Assembly: GCA_030390025.1 (NCBI GenBank)
Contig: CM059431.1
Coordinates: 105,898,001 to 105,962,000 of the forward strand
Direction: 5' to 3'
From: Squalus acanthias
Taxonomy: Eukaryota
DNA: 64,000 nt
Every line of letters starts with the position of its first letter. Within the stretch, counting starts at the first letter, position 1. Under the pieces are notes generated by a model that searched no databases, was not told where the DNA came from, and was given only the letters and a program-made list of their open reading frames with translations. The position numbers and the translations under genes were made by a program. This document shows positions 11,336 through 23,470 of the stretch, in pieces.

Positions 11336-11787
11336 ATGTGGCTCAGTTGGTAGCACTCTCGCCTCTCGCCTCTGGGTCAGAAGTTGGCGGGCGCAAGTCC
11401 AACGCCAGAGACCTGAGCACAAAATCCAGGCTGACGCTCCCAGTGCAGTGCTGAGGGACTGCAGCACTGTCGGAGGTGCCATCTTTCGGATGAGATGTTA
11501 AACCGAGGGCCCCGCCTGCTCTCTTAGGTGGACATCAAAGATCCCACGGCCACTGTTTGGAAGAGGAGCAGGGCAGCTCTTCTCGGGATCCTGGCCAATA
11601 TTTATCCCTCAACCAACATCACTAAATCTGGTCATTTATCTCAGTGCTGCTTGTGGGAGCTTGCTGTGCGCAAATTGGCTGCCGCGTTTCCCACATTACA
11701 ACAGCGACTACACTTCAAAAAGTACTTAATAGGCTATAAAACGCTGAGGTTATGAAAGGTGCTATATAAATGCATATCTTTCTTTCT
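11336..11787 (+). mobile_element. tRNA-derived Deu-domain SINE (SacSINE1/DeuSINE-like)
   Basis: Box A-like tggctcagttgg, central ggaggtgccatctttcggatgag...aaagatcccacggc core, and L2-like 3' tail gctatataaatgca(tctt)n. Confidence 0.88.
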
Positions 11788-12314
11788 ATCACATTACAGT
11801 CAATTGGAATTTCAATCCTGGCACTTAATGGGTACTTTTCAATTTTGCCACCAGGAATCCACATTATGGGCATCAGTGCACCCTGACGGATTTCTGTCCC
11901 TTAATTTTCATGGCGCAAATCCCTGTAGGGTAGTGCTGAAATATGTGCCCCTGGCACGTGAGGCTTATGCTGGAAGCACACATTTAGAAAATCTATCCTC
12001 CAGTGTTTGTTAAGGAGAAAGAAGAAACAGTGGTCAGTGGACGACTGGATGATTTTCTTTTCAATATTTGCTCCAGCAATTTACTGCCATTTGGATATGC
12101 CAGAGTTGAGTTGGGGGAGGGCGAGGGATGTTGAGCCTCTCTGGGGTTTGGAGAGAGGGGGAGTGAGTGTAAGTCCTAAACACATTTTTTTTTTTACTTA
12201 CTTTATACTTTTCGGAAACTAAAGGGTTAAAATACCGTCAGTGACAGTGTCACACAAACCCTCAACACACTTGTACCCAATTTTTCTGTCCAGTGTTTTA
12301 ACAGAGACAGTAAC

Positions 12315-12500
12315 GGGGGTCATTTTATCCCAACCCGCCAATCGGGAAAATGACGGGATTGGGTGGAATGCTAGTTTTACACTCCACCTGATTTTACTCT
12401 CCACTAAAGTCAGTTGGGTGTATTATTGGTCGGGGTGTAAAACCCTCATTTCACCTGATCCGGTGGGTTTCCCACCCAGTGAGTTGGGTTAAAATTACCC
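12315..12500. mobile_element. Short Harbinger-like MITE
   Basis: Imperfect TIRs GGGGGTCATTTTATCCCAAC / GTTGGGTTAAAATTACCC with a palindromic interior. Confidence 0.55.
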
Positions 12501-12516
12501 TCATTACCTCATTAAG

Positions 12517-12980
12517 TGTCAGCTGTGGCTCAGTGGGTAGCACTCTCACCTCTGAGTCAGAAGGTTGTCGGTTCAAGTCCCACTCTGGGGACTTGAGTGC
12601 ATAAAGCTAGGCTGACACTCCCAGTGCAGTGCTGAGGGAGTGCTGCACTGTCGGAGGTGCCATCTTTCGGATGAGACATTAAACTGAGGGCCCCGTCTGC
12701 CCTCTCAGGTGGACGTCAAAAGATCCCACGGCACTATTTCGAAGAAGAGCAGGGGAGTTCTCCCAGGTGTCCTGGGCCAATATTTATCCCTCAACCAACA
12801 TAACAAAAACAGATTCTCTGGTCATTATCACATTGCTGTTTGTGGGAGCTTGCTGTGTGCAAATTGGCTGCCGCGTTTCCCACATTACAACAGTGACTCC
12901 ACTCAAAAATACTTCATTGGCTGTAAAGCGCTTTGAGGCGTCCGGTGATTGTGAAAGGTGCTATATAAATGCAAGTCTTT
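12517..12980 (+). mobile_element. Deu-domain SINE, full length
   Basis: Pol III box A tggctcagtggg, box B ggttcaagtccc, Deu core and L2-like tail. Confidence 0.92.
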
Positions 12981-13334
12981 ATTTAAATGGGTGAATGCCT
13001 CTCATAACATAAGAGAGAAGGGAACTAGATACAAGTATGATAATGTTGCCATTAGCAATTTCTCTTATGAGCTATTTATTGTCCATAACTCAGCGGACGC
13101 TATATGGAGGCGCAGTAGCACTGAGCTGGCACTTAAGCTCGACCTCAGATCCTGGTAGATACACATTTGGTCCCAGAAGGCTTTTCTTTCTGTTTTGTTC
13201 TATTTGACTTTTTCTGTATGGGGTGGTGGGCGGGGGAGGGGAGGGGAGGGTTAAAGTTTCTTTCCAATGATTGTTGAGCCGTGTACTGCGATGCCCACTA
13301 GCCAAATTGATTTACAAGGATAATGCCAGACCTG

Positions 13335-14695
13335 AGAGGGGGGCAACGATCAGGAAAGACTGAACACAAGGTGGGGCTTTTTCCTGTAGAAAAGAGAAGT
13401 CTGAGGGGTGGCCTGATGGAGGTCTTTAAAATTATGAAGGGATCCGATAGGGTAGACGTAGAGAGGATGTTTCCACTTGTGGGGGAGTCCAAAACTAGGG
13501 GCCATAAATATAAGATAGTCACTAATAAATCCAATTGAGAATTTAAGAGAAATGTCTTTACTCAGAGTGTCGTGAGAATGTGGAACTCGCTATCACAGGG
13601 GGGGGTGGCAAACAGTGAGGATGATATCAATCGACTGCAACAGGACATAGAAAGGCTAGCAGAATGGGCAGATAAGTGGCAGGAAGGAATTTAATACAGA
13701 GAAGTGTGAGGTGATGCATTTTGGCAGAAGGAACAGGGAGAGGCAATATACAATTAATGGCACAGCTTTAAAGAGTGTGCAGGGACAGAGAGACCTGGGA
13801 GTTAATGTGCACAGGTCCCTGAAGGTGGCAGGACTTATTTAGAGAGTGGTTAACAAAGCATATGAGATCTTGGGCTTCATAAATAGAGGTATTGAGTACA
13901 AAAGTAGAGAAGTTATGCTGAACTTTTATAAAGCGCTGGTTAGGCCACAGCTGGAGTATTGCGTCCAGTTCTGGTCACCACACTTTAGGAAGGATGTGAA
14001 GGCCCTTGAGAGGGTGCAGAGGAGATTTCCCAGAATGGTTCCGGGGATGGGGGATCTCAGCTACTAGGATAGGTTAGAGAAGCTGGATATGTTTTCATTA
14101 GAGCAAAGGAGGTTGAGGGGTGATTTGATAGAGGTGTACAAGATTATGATGGGTTTGGATAGGCTAGATGGGGAAAGGTTGTTCCCACTAGTTGATGGTA
14201 CAAGGACTAGGGGACACAGATTTAAGGTTTTTGGCAAGAGATACAGGGGGGATGTGAGGAATAACTTTTTTACGCAGCGAGTGGCGATGACCTGGAATTC
14301 GCTGCCGACGAAAGTGGTGGAAGCGGAGACACTCAATGTTTTAAAGGGGAGACTGGATAGGCACTTGAGGGAAATAAACTTGTAGGGCTACGGGGATAGA
14401 GCGGGGGAATGGACTGACTGGATTGCTCTACAGAGAGCCGGCACGGACTTGATGGGCCGAATGGCCTCCTTCTGTGCCGTTATGACTCTATGACATGGAT
14501 GGGCTGAGGCGAATAGTATTGATACCTTTAAAGGGAAGCTAGATAAGTACATGAGGGAGAAAGGAATTGAAGGATATGCTGATAGGGGGAGATGTAGTAA
14601 GGTGGGAGGAGACTCGTGTGAAGCATAAACACCTGCATAAACCAGTTGGGCCAAATGGCCAGTTTCTGTGCTGTAAATTCTATATAATTCTATGT
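13335..14695 (+). mobile_element. Nested CR1 LINEs: one copy (~13605-14490) inserted into another CR1 3' end
   Basis: ORFs contain LVRPQLEYCVQFWSP and EQRRLRGDLIEVYKI. The outer copy breaks after tggaactcgctatcacagg and resumes at gctgaggcgaatagtattgat. Confidence 0.88.
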
Positions 14696-15779
14696 AGCAA
14701 CACTTTTCAATAAATTGCAGGGAGAAACACCAATACTAAACCTTTGCAGCAATAAAATAAAGTGCCGTACTGTTACCATTTGATGTAAACCAAAAATAAG
14801 ACCTCACAGGTACCAAAGCACCATGAGGAGTTAAGAGTTTGCAATACCTTCATTTAATGTTTTCAGTCCTTCTCATTAATCCACAGCAGATGGGGAATTA
14901 ATGCACAAGGTGCCACATAATACAATAAATAGTTTGACCAGTTGCCAAGCCACACAGAATTACACTTTCTGTGTGACCGCCACCAGCACAAGACGCACAA
15001 ATAAAATTCTGCCCTGGTTGCTAGGGAGATACAACGATCTGGTCCCATTAGGATCAGCTGTGCTTCTAGTTAATAAAAAGGGCCTGTGACTTTTATTTTG
15101 TTAACTTTGTATCGTACCATGAAGGGAAGAAAAATATACTTCGTAAAGGCAGACGTACCTAACCCTTGGGGAGAAGCATCACAAAAAACAAACACTTGTC
15201 CCAGTTTATTTGTACCTCTCTCCAGCTGCCAGGGAAATGAATACCAGGCAGACGACAGGACTGGCTGCTCCCTACTCAAATCAAAATGGAGGCAATCTCC
15301 ACTGCAAAAGTCTTGATTATGTACTGTGTGGTACAATCGTCAGTGACTGATGAGGGGCTGATGTATTTGCCCAGCACACAGTAACAATACATTTGTACTT
15401 TTTATCCAGTTCATTCTAAACAGACGGGTGAACGGTTAGTTGAATCCATGATTACAGCATCGCCTTTTTGAGTTCAATAGATTAGAAATACTGTCGCATT
15501 TAACAGAAGGCTGCACCAAATGCAAAGATGCAGTGCATCATAATTCCCTTCCACATCACCAGTATGACTTAACTTCATGAATTCATTGGTGGCCACTGCT
15601 ACCTGTGCCATATTCATTTATTATGGGAAACCCAAAATAAAGCAACTAAAAATAAAGGAATATAAAGGCAATGTGCGCACAGATCTCTGCAGAATGGGAG
15701 AACGAGTCACCTTTTCTGACTTACGAATGAAATTCAGTCTCGTGGATGGCTGCCTGTTTGTGTTACACAAAAAAATAAT

Positions 15780-16552
15780 GGCCCAGAAATTGGACTTCGA
15801 TGGTTGCCGCGGGGGTAAGGATCCCTCGCGATATCACACTCCGCGCCTGCCTTTATGGTTTTGGCCCACACGAACTTCAGTTCCTGGGCCTCTCCCTGGT
15901 GCCGGCGCGCAGTGTGTGCGTGTCCCAGAGGCGCAGTTAGTTCGATGCGACCTCTGGGATCACGTGGGCCAGTTAGAGCCAATGGCAGCACACCATCTTT
16001 CATTCATAGTTTTGACAGGAAGAGCTGTCAAAGCTATAAATACAACTTGCCCCCAAAAGAACAGCTAAACCTCAATTAATTTTTTTTTAAAACCATCACA
16101 TTAATAAAATAACTATAGTTAAATAAATTAACCACTTTAAACAAAATTAAATTTTGAAAATTAATTTTGAAAAAATTTAAATTCTTTTTAAAAGTTATAA
16201 AAATAAACTTACCTTTCTTTAAAGTCTCTAAAATAGATAAACCTGTTGAAAAAAATTAAAAAATACTTAATTAACTACTTACCTTGTTAAAAGGGGGTCT
16301 TACGCCTCCTTTCTTCATGTGTAAAATCTTCAACACTTACCTTCGCGTTCAAACCTGAAAAAAAAACTAAGTGTGCTGCGTGCGCACAGCCTGTAGTGCG
16401 CACGCGGTTCACTTAGGAACCGCCCCCTTCGCAATATTGGAAGTGCCGGTTTCCCGCGCATGCGCAGTGCATGCAGGAAAGCGGCACTTCGGGACCAAAT
16501 ATGGGTGAGTACACAGTGCGTACTCTCCCGTATTCGGACGAATTTCTGGGCC
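15780..16552. mobile_element. Non-autonomous TIR transposon with an AT-rich core (family A, copy 1; Harbinger-related)
   Basis: TIRs GGCCCAGAAATT / AATTTCTGGGCC with a 3-bp TSD AAT/AAT. It is a close inverted copy of 46285-47027. Confidence 0.85.
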
Positions 16553-16582
16553 AATATTTTCTTACTTACATGCTCCCCTTGT

Positions 16583-16850
16583 GGTCCTGATTTTAACTCC
16601 AGGTAGATTCCCCGCTCGGGCCTGAGTTAAAATTACAGTCGGGTCTCAATGATGTCATCAGGCCGCAGCATGCCTATGTAAAGAAGGACCCTGTTGGCTC
16701 CAGGCATGTGTCCTTGCTGCCTGCTCAGGAGAGCAGGTTAAAATTGCAGCTGTTGCGATCATGGCGGCTTTCGGACAGGTAAGAGCCAGGGCGATTTTAA
16801 CTGCCCACCCGCCAGGATTCTGCTGAGCGAGTAGGGTTAAAACCGCCCCC
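16583..16850. mobile_element. Harbinger-like MITE, degenerate
   Basis: Ends GGTCCTGATTTTAAC / GTTAAAACCGCCCCC with repeated gattttaac/gttaaaat motifs. Confidence 0.5.
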
Positions 16851-17481
16851 ATTATCCATGAGTTCAGTTTTTACATGTGCAGCAACCTTTACCTCTCTAC
16901 TAGGCACCCTAGGTTCCTCATTTACTGCCGTGCCTTATGTGTGCCTGTCCAACATCGAGTCATGGATGGGCCAGAACCTTCCTCTCGTTAAACAATGGCT
17001 AGAGCACGGCCATCAATTCTTGCTTGAAACTCTACCCCTTATCTCTGATTTCACTCCCCTCTCCACCTGTCACTCCGACTGAAACTCTACCACTTGTATT
17101 CTTATCCTGCACTAAATCTTGCTGAATGGGAATCGGGGTTGGGGGCTCGGGCGGAGAGAGGGAGATTAGGCTTTATCACAAGAGATATAGAATATAAAAG
17201 CCAATGATGAGCCTATATAAAATCTTAACAGCACTTCAGTTCATTACTGCGTGCAGTATTGGGCTCCAAACCATAGGAAGGATATTGAGCCTTGAGAGAG
17301 GAGACAATGCAGATTCACTGAGAAGCTACCTGGTATGGGAAAATACAAAATACGAAGAAAGACATGAAAACTTTGGCTTTTTTCATTAGAACTGTGCAGA
17401 ATAAGTGAGGATATGACAGAAGTGTTTAAAATTATGGAACAGTGTTGATAGAAGTAGGCTGTTTCTAGTCATTAAGGGGTC

Positions 17482-17778
17482 TCTGTAATCTCCTCCAGCC
17501 CTACAACCCTCCGAGATCTCTGCGCTTCTCAAATTTTGGCTTCTTAAGCGTCCCCGATTTTAATCGCTCCACCATTGGCGGCCGTGCCTTCAGCTGCCCA
17601 GGCCCAAAACTCAGAAATCCCCTCCCTAAACCTCTCCGCCTCTCTACCTCTCTCTCTCCTTCTTTAAGACGCTCCTTAAAACCTACCTCTTTGACCAAGC
17701 TTTTGGTCACCTGCCCTAATATCTCCTGATGTGGCTCAGGTGTCAAATTTTGTCTGATAACGCTCCTGTGAAGCGCCT
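17482..17778 (+). mobile_element. L2 LINE 3' end, left part (split by the LTR)
   Basis: The L2 3' UTR stops at gaagcgcct and resumes at 19230. Confidence 0.9.
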
Positions 17779-19229
17779 TGTAAAGGAATAGCCATATTTC
17801 AGAAAAATAAACCATCCTATCAGCAGAATTCTGTCTTTATTAAAACATGACAAACTGGGGTTAAAAATCTAAAAGCCTCAACGACACAAGCTGTGAATAC
17901 AGGCTTCTGAGATAAGATGAGTCACAAAGCTGTAAACACCATACAAGCTTTTGAAATGGGAATTGGTTGTAAATACTAAGACAATGGCCTCATTGAAACA
18001 GAGGGTTGGAGGTTCCAAGAAGTCTGCAGTTTGGAACCAACACAATAGCTATATACCCAGTTTAAAGTGTTAGAAACTAACACTTCAAACAGAAACACAG
18101 AACATTAAAAAACCATGTGTCATTGTAAAAGTAACATCAAATGAAAGACAGGAAACATAAGTTTGTAATACAACCAATTGAAGTAGCTAAGAAATGCATA
18201 GAACACCCTAGTTGAAGTGTTTTGATTTACATATTGTAAAAGGTACAAACAGAAGACTTTGTAAATATTACATCAATAGATGCACCAAGCAATCACATTG
18301 TTTATGTGTTGAACTTGGAACAGTTGGGAGACGCGAAGTCTGGCTTACAAGCAGTTAAAGTGGTTTGAAAATTGAATGGAAGACCTTCGTAAGAATGGCA
18401 TCAAATAAAAAACTACTGTCATATTGTTTTTTATGATAAAATTTGAACACCTAAACAGCAGACAGGATTCTGAAAGTTAACAGCTGAACTGACAGTAAGA
18501 TTAGAAAGAAGTCAACAGAAAGAATGACTAAAGATAATTAGCTTACATCAGCAGAAAACTTCAAAGAATATACCACTGCAAAAAGAGTATAAAATATGGA
18601 GCTTTCAAATGGGAAAACAAAAGTCATTGGAAGGGCAGGCGATTCTCAACTTCAGAGGCAGGCTCTGTAAGTTTTTAACTCTTTGAGTCTCGGGGATCAA
18701 AAGGTACTTTTATTTGATTTTGGTGGATATTCTGGATTAAGAATAAGTAGAACTGTGGAAATGTAACAAAGTTAAGATTTGAGAATAAGGATCTCTGATA
18801 AGAAATGTAAGCTATTTGTATTTTGAATTGTTAAAGTTGCGATTGAATCAACAGCTGTTAGCTGAATGTCGGTTCTTTAATAAATCTATATATTTTTAGA
18901 ATTGTCTCAGAGTATTTCTGTATCAAACTCGCAAACACAATTTCTGTACACTCTTTTGTGAGGAGTTGCAGAATTCTGGGGGGGTTTTCCGGACCCTCAT
19001 AATATCCGGAAGGTTACAGTCTAGTTAAACTTATTAAAAGTGCTATCTGGAGGACGGTAACATCTTCAGGCCGTTTCTTTCCTTTAGGGAGAGATAGTCT
19101 GAACCTTTAGACCCAATTAAGCATCTCTGGGATTCAGTTACCTCTAACTTTAGTTGAAGGTGAACGTCTGGGGAATACGCCTGATCTGGGGCAACCTGAA
19201 AAGGGCTAAGACAAGTAATTATCCCTTCA
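17779..19229 (+). mobile_element. Solo LTR, 1451 bp (endogenous retrovirus or LTR retrotransposon)
   Basis: TG...CA termini with an imperfect inverted repeat (TGTAAAGGAATA / TATCCCTTCA). 5-bp TSD CGCCT/TGCCT, differing by a CpG transition. TATAAAA at 18588 and AATAAA at 18879. It cleanly splits an L2 tail. Confidence 0.82.
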
Positions 19230-19290
19230 TGCCTTGGGACGTTTTACTACATTAAAAGGTGCTATATAAATGCAAGTCGTTACTGTTGTC
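19230..19290 (+). mobile_element. L2 LINE tail, right part
   Basis: gccttgggacgttttactac...gctatataaatgcaag continues 17482-17778. Confidence 0.88.
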
Positions 19291-19636
19291 TAGAACGAGG
19301 GGCCATAGATGCGAGATAAATGTAAGAGATTTATAAAAAGACAACAAGGGAAATCTCTTTACACTGAGCTGTGAGGTTGTGGAATTTGCTTCTAAGTTTT
19401 GTGATGGAGACAGGAACTACATCAACATTTAAGATTAGAATGAGTAGGCGGATGAAAGGAAAGTGAATGAAGGGGTATTTGAACAGGTCAGAGGGTAAAT
19501 GCTGGCTTGGACTGGATGGGGCAAATAGCCTGTTTTCCATGATGTAACGTCTCTGTATTTCGAGGAGGCAAAGACCCCCATTCCTCAACCCAAGTGGTCC
19601 TTTTCCATATGCTGGTAGGTTATTTAGGAACGAGAA

Positions 19637-19822
19637 TAGCAGGGAGTTATCGCCGGTGTCCTGGGGCCAATATTTATCCCTCAATCAACATCACTAAAAC
19701 AGATGATCTGATCACTATCTTATTTTTGTTTGTGGGAGTTTGCTGTGCGCAAATTGGTTGCCACGTTTCCCACATTAGTCCTGAGGTTCTGAAAGATGCC
19801 ATATAAATGCAAGTTCTTTCTT
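19637..19822 (+). mobile_element. Deu-domain SINE, 3' fragment
   Basis: gtgtcctggggccaatatttatccctcaa...atataaatgcaag. Confidence 0.85.
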
Positions 19823-19829
19823 GTCTGTT

Positions 19830-20232
19830 AACATAGGAACATGAGTAGGCCATTCAGACCCTTGAGCCTGTTCCGCCATTCAATTAGATCATGACTGATC
19901 TGTATCTTAACTTCATCTAACTGGCTTGGGACCATAAACCTTAATATCATTGCCGAACAATAATCTATCAATCTCAGTTTTGAAATTTTCAATTGACCCC
20001 CCAGCCTCAACAGCTTTTTGGGGATGAGTGTTCCAGATTTTCCACTACCCTTTGTGTGAAGAAGTGCTTGCTGACATCCCCCCTGAACGGCCTAGCTCTA
20101 ATTTTAAGGTTGTGCCCCCTTGTTCTGGACTCACTCCCTTAAGAGGAAATAGTTTCTCTCTATCTACCCTATCGAATCCTTTAATCATTGTAAACGCCTC
20201 ACAGTTAGATCACTCCTTAATCTCCTATACTT
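19830..20232 (-). mobile_element. CR1 LINE 3' end
   Basis: Reverse complement of the CR1 3' UTR (gagtaggccattc..cttgagcctgttccgccattcaat) and the ORF2 end. Confidence 0.82.
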
Positions 20233-20570
20233 GAGTTAAGTGTGGGGAGGATCACAATTGAGGAGCACGAGTCCAAACCAATTAAAGCACCCTCTCTGCC
20301 CGCTGGGTGGCATTGGCTGATGCAGCACACAGACAAGGATCAAATGAAATCATTTTTTTTTAAAGTATGTTGAAAAATTAACAGGGCATCAAAAGAGTTC
20401 AAAGCAGAAAAGGAGCCTGTCTGCAAAATCCCTTGCAGAGTGAAGCTGCACTTTAATTACCCATAGCTGTTGGGAGCAAGTACAGAATCATTCAGTCTCT
20501 TTAGTTTGTGAATTTCAATCCTGAAATCAATGGGGCAATGCATCCCCATTAGATTCTTGGAAAGAGTGAA

Positions 20571-21390
20571 CATAAGAACATAAGAAATAGGAGCAGGAGT
20601 CGGCCATTTGGCCCCTCGAGCCTGCTCCGCCATTCAATAAGATCATGGCTGTTCTTCTACCTGTGTCAGCCGTGGCTCAGTGGGTAGCACCCTCGCCTCT
20701 GAGTCAGAAGGTTGTGGGTTCAGAGTCCCACTCCAGGGGCTTGAGCACAAAAATCTAGGCTGACACTCCAGTGCAGTCCAGAGGGAGTGCTGCACTGTCG
20801 GAGGTGCCGTCTTTCGGATGAGACGTTAAACCGAGGCCCCGTCTGCTCTCTCAGGTAGATGTAAAGGATCTCATGGCACTATTTCGAAGAAGAGCAGAGA
20901 GAGTTATCCATGGTGCCCTGGCCAATAGTTATCCCTCAACCAACATAACAAAAACAGATTATCTGGTAATTATCACATTACTGTTTGTGGGAGCTTGCTG
21001 TGCGCAAATTGGCTGCCGCGTTTCCTACATTACAACAGTGACTCCACTTCAAAAGTACTTCATCGGCTGTCCGGTGGTCGTGAAAGGTGCTATATAAATG
21101 CAAGTCTTTCTTTCTTTTACCTCATCTCCACCTTCCTGCACTATCCCCATATCCCTCGGTTCCCTTAGACTCGAAAAATCTATCGATCTCTGTCTTGAAT
21201 AAACTCAATGACTGAGCCCCCACAGCCCTCTGGGCTAGAGAATTCCAAAGGTTCACCACCCTCTGAGTGAAGAAATTTCTCCTCATCTCAGTCCTAAATG
21301 GCCGACCCCTTATTCTCAGACTGTGACCCCTGATTCTAGACGCCCCAGCCAGGGGAAACATCCTCCCAGCATCTACCCTGTCAAGCCCCT
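20571..21390 (-). mobile_element. CR1 LINE 3' end carrying a nested SINE
   Basis: (acataaga)n tail. Minus-strand ORF 21122-21361 contains MRRNFFTQRVVNLWNSL. Confidence 0.9.
20663..21115 (+). mobile_element. Deu-domain SINE, full length, nested in CR1
   Basis: Complete head, core and tail, flanked by an approximate TSD ttctacct/ttttacct. Confidence 0.92.
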
Positions 21391-21691
21391 GAATGGGTGA
21401 AGGGACGAGAAAGGGGAGATGCCTTCCAATCTTTGGCTGCTAGGACATGAACATTTTTATAAGACTTCCTAGAATTTTGAGCCCCAGTATTATAGTACAG
21501 CTTTACAATACTTCTAAGTTTATTTCAAGATAAATGTGAGTTGTCAAATAGATTATGATATTGCATTCTAGTCCAGCTCGATATAGTGCTCCAGCTCTGT
21601 AAGGCATTGAAAATATTTGTTTGCTGTCATTATATTATGGAATAGATATCTGTATTTTGAAATCTGAAAATGACTGTGAATTTGTGCCCAA

Positions 21692-22824
21692 TCTCCTTCT
21701 TAGGCAGTCCCTCGGAACCGAGGATGACTTGCTTCCACATTAAAAATGAGTTCGCAGGTGACTGATGAGTCCAATGCGGGACCTACAGTCTCTGTCACAG
21801 GTGGGGCAGACGGTGGTTGAAGGAGCAGGTGGGTGGGGTGCTTGGGTTGACGTGCGCTCCTTGCGCTGCCTGCGCTTGGCTTCCGCTTGCTCCCGGCGAA
21901 GAGACTCGAGGAGTTCGGCGCCTTCCCGGATGCTTCTCCTCTACTTTGTGCGGTCTTGGGCCAGGGATTCCCGGGTGTCGGTGGGGATGTTACACTTTTT
22001 CAAGGAGGCTTTGAGGGTGTCCTTGAAGCGTTTCCTCTGCCCACCTGATGCTCTCTTGCCGTGTCGGAGCTCTGAGTAGAGCGCTTGTTTTGGGAGTCTC
22101 GTATCGGGCATGCGGACAATGTGACCCGTCCATCGGAGCTGATCGAACGTGGTCAAAGCTTTGATGCTGGGGATGTTGGCCTGAGCAAGAACACTGATGT
22201 TGGTGTGCCTATCCTGCCAATGGATTTGCAGGATCTTGCGGAGGCAACGTTGGTGGTACCTTCCAGTGCTTTGAGGTGCCTGCTGTACATGGTTCATGTC
22301 TCTGAGGCATACAGCAGGGCGGGTATCACTGCTGCTCTGTAGACCATGAGCTTAGTGCCGGGTTTGAAGTCATGGTCTTCAAACACTCTCTTCCTCAGGT
22401 GACCGAAGGCTGCACTGGCACACTGAAGGCGGTGTTGGACTTAGTCGTCGACGTCTGCCCTTGTTGACAGTAGGCTCCCGAGGTATGGAAAGTGGTCCAC
22501 GCTGTCCAAGGCCTTGTCGTGGATTTTGATAATCGGGGGGCAGTACTCTGTGGCGGGGGCAGGTTGGTAGAGGACCTTTGTCTTACGGATGTTTAGTGTA
22601 AGGCCCATGCTCTCGTACGCTTCGGTGAAGGTGTTGACGATGGTTCGGAGTTCGACCTCCAAGTGAGCGCAGACGCAAGCGTCGTCTGCATACTGTAATT
22701 CGACAACAGAGGATGGGACGACATTGGATCTGGACTGGAGGCGATGGAGGTTGAACAGTTTCCCGTTTGTTCTGTAAAATAGCTCCACTCCAGCGGGGAG
22801 CTTACTGAGGGTGAGATGGACCAT
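21692..22824 (-). mobile_element. RTE-clade LINE, 5'-truncated
   Basis: Minus-strand ORFs contain GKLFNLHRLQS, ELQYADDAC, FPYLGSLLS, QLRWTGHIVRMPDTRLPKQALYSEL and GGQRKRFKDTLKASLK, characteristic of RTE ORF2. Confidence 0.92.
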
Positions 22825-23094
22825 TCTCCTAAACCATTTCTTGTGACCATGTCATACCATGACCACCATTCACAGTGTTTGAGGGGAGAGAGAATTTGTA
22901 ATTCTCGATCTAGCATTTATTCTGTTTCACTATTATACTGAATTCATATTTTTCACACAGTAAACTCTACCATCTTCAGGTTTCTTTATTAAAAAAAACT
23001 ATTCATATGAGTCAATTTAATTCTGTTGATATATGAATATTCAACCAAGTCGCTGAATGTTCTTTAGAGAGTAAGTAAAGGCCTTTCTGTAAGA

Positions 23095-23468
23095 GAAGAA
23101 GGAACTTGCATTTGTGTAGGAGCGTTCATATCCTCAGGATGTCCCAAACTGATTTACAATCAGTGGATTACTTCTGAAGTGCAGTCACTGTTACGCAGGC
23201 AGAAGTGGGAGCTAAACCACACAAAGCAAGATCCCACACCCTGCCAAGGAGACGAGATGACCATGTTATATATTTTTTTGTTGCTGTCGGTTGAGGGAGA
23301 AATGTTGTCCAAGCAACAGAGGAGAACTCCCCGCTCTTTTTGAGAATCGTGCCACAGGATCCTTTATGTGCAAACAGACAGGCCCTTAGTTTAACATCTC
23401 TTCTAAACGATGGCACCTCCAACAATGCAGCCCTCGCTCAGTACTGCACACAGCCTAGATGACATGCT
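23095..23468 (-). mobile_element. Old, degraded Deu-domain SINE
   Basis: Diverged reverse complement of the SINE core and tail. Confidence 0.75.
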
Positions 23469-23470
23469 CT

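Noticed and set aside
12517..12590. tRNA gene
   Set aside because: The box A/B sequence is the tRNA-derived head of a SINE and continues into the SINE core.
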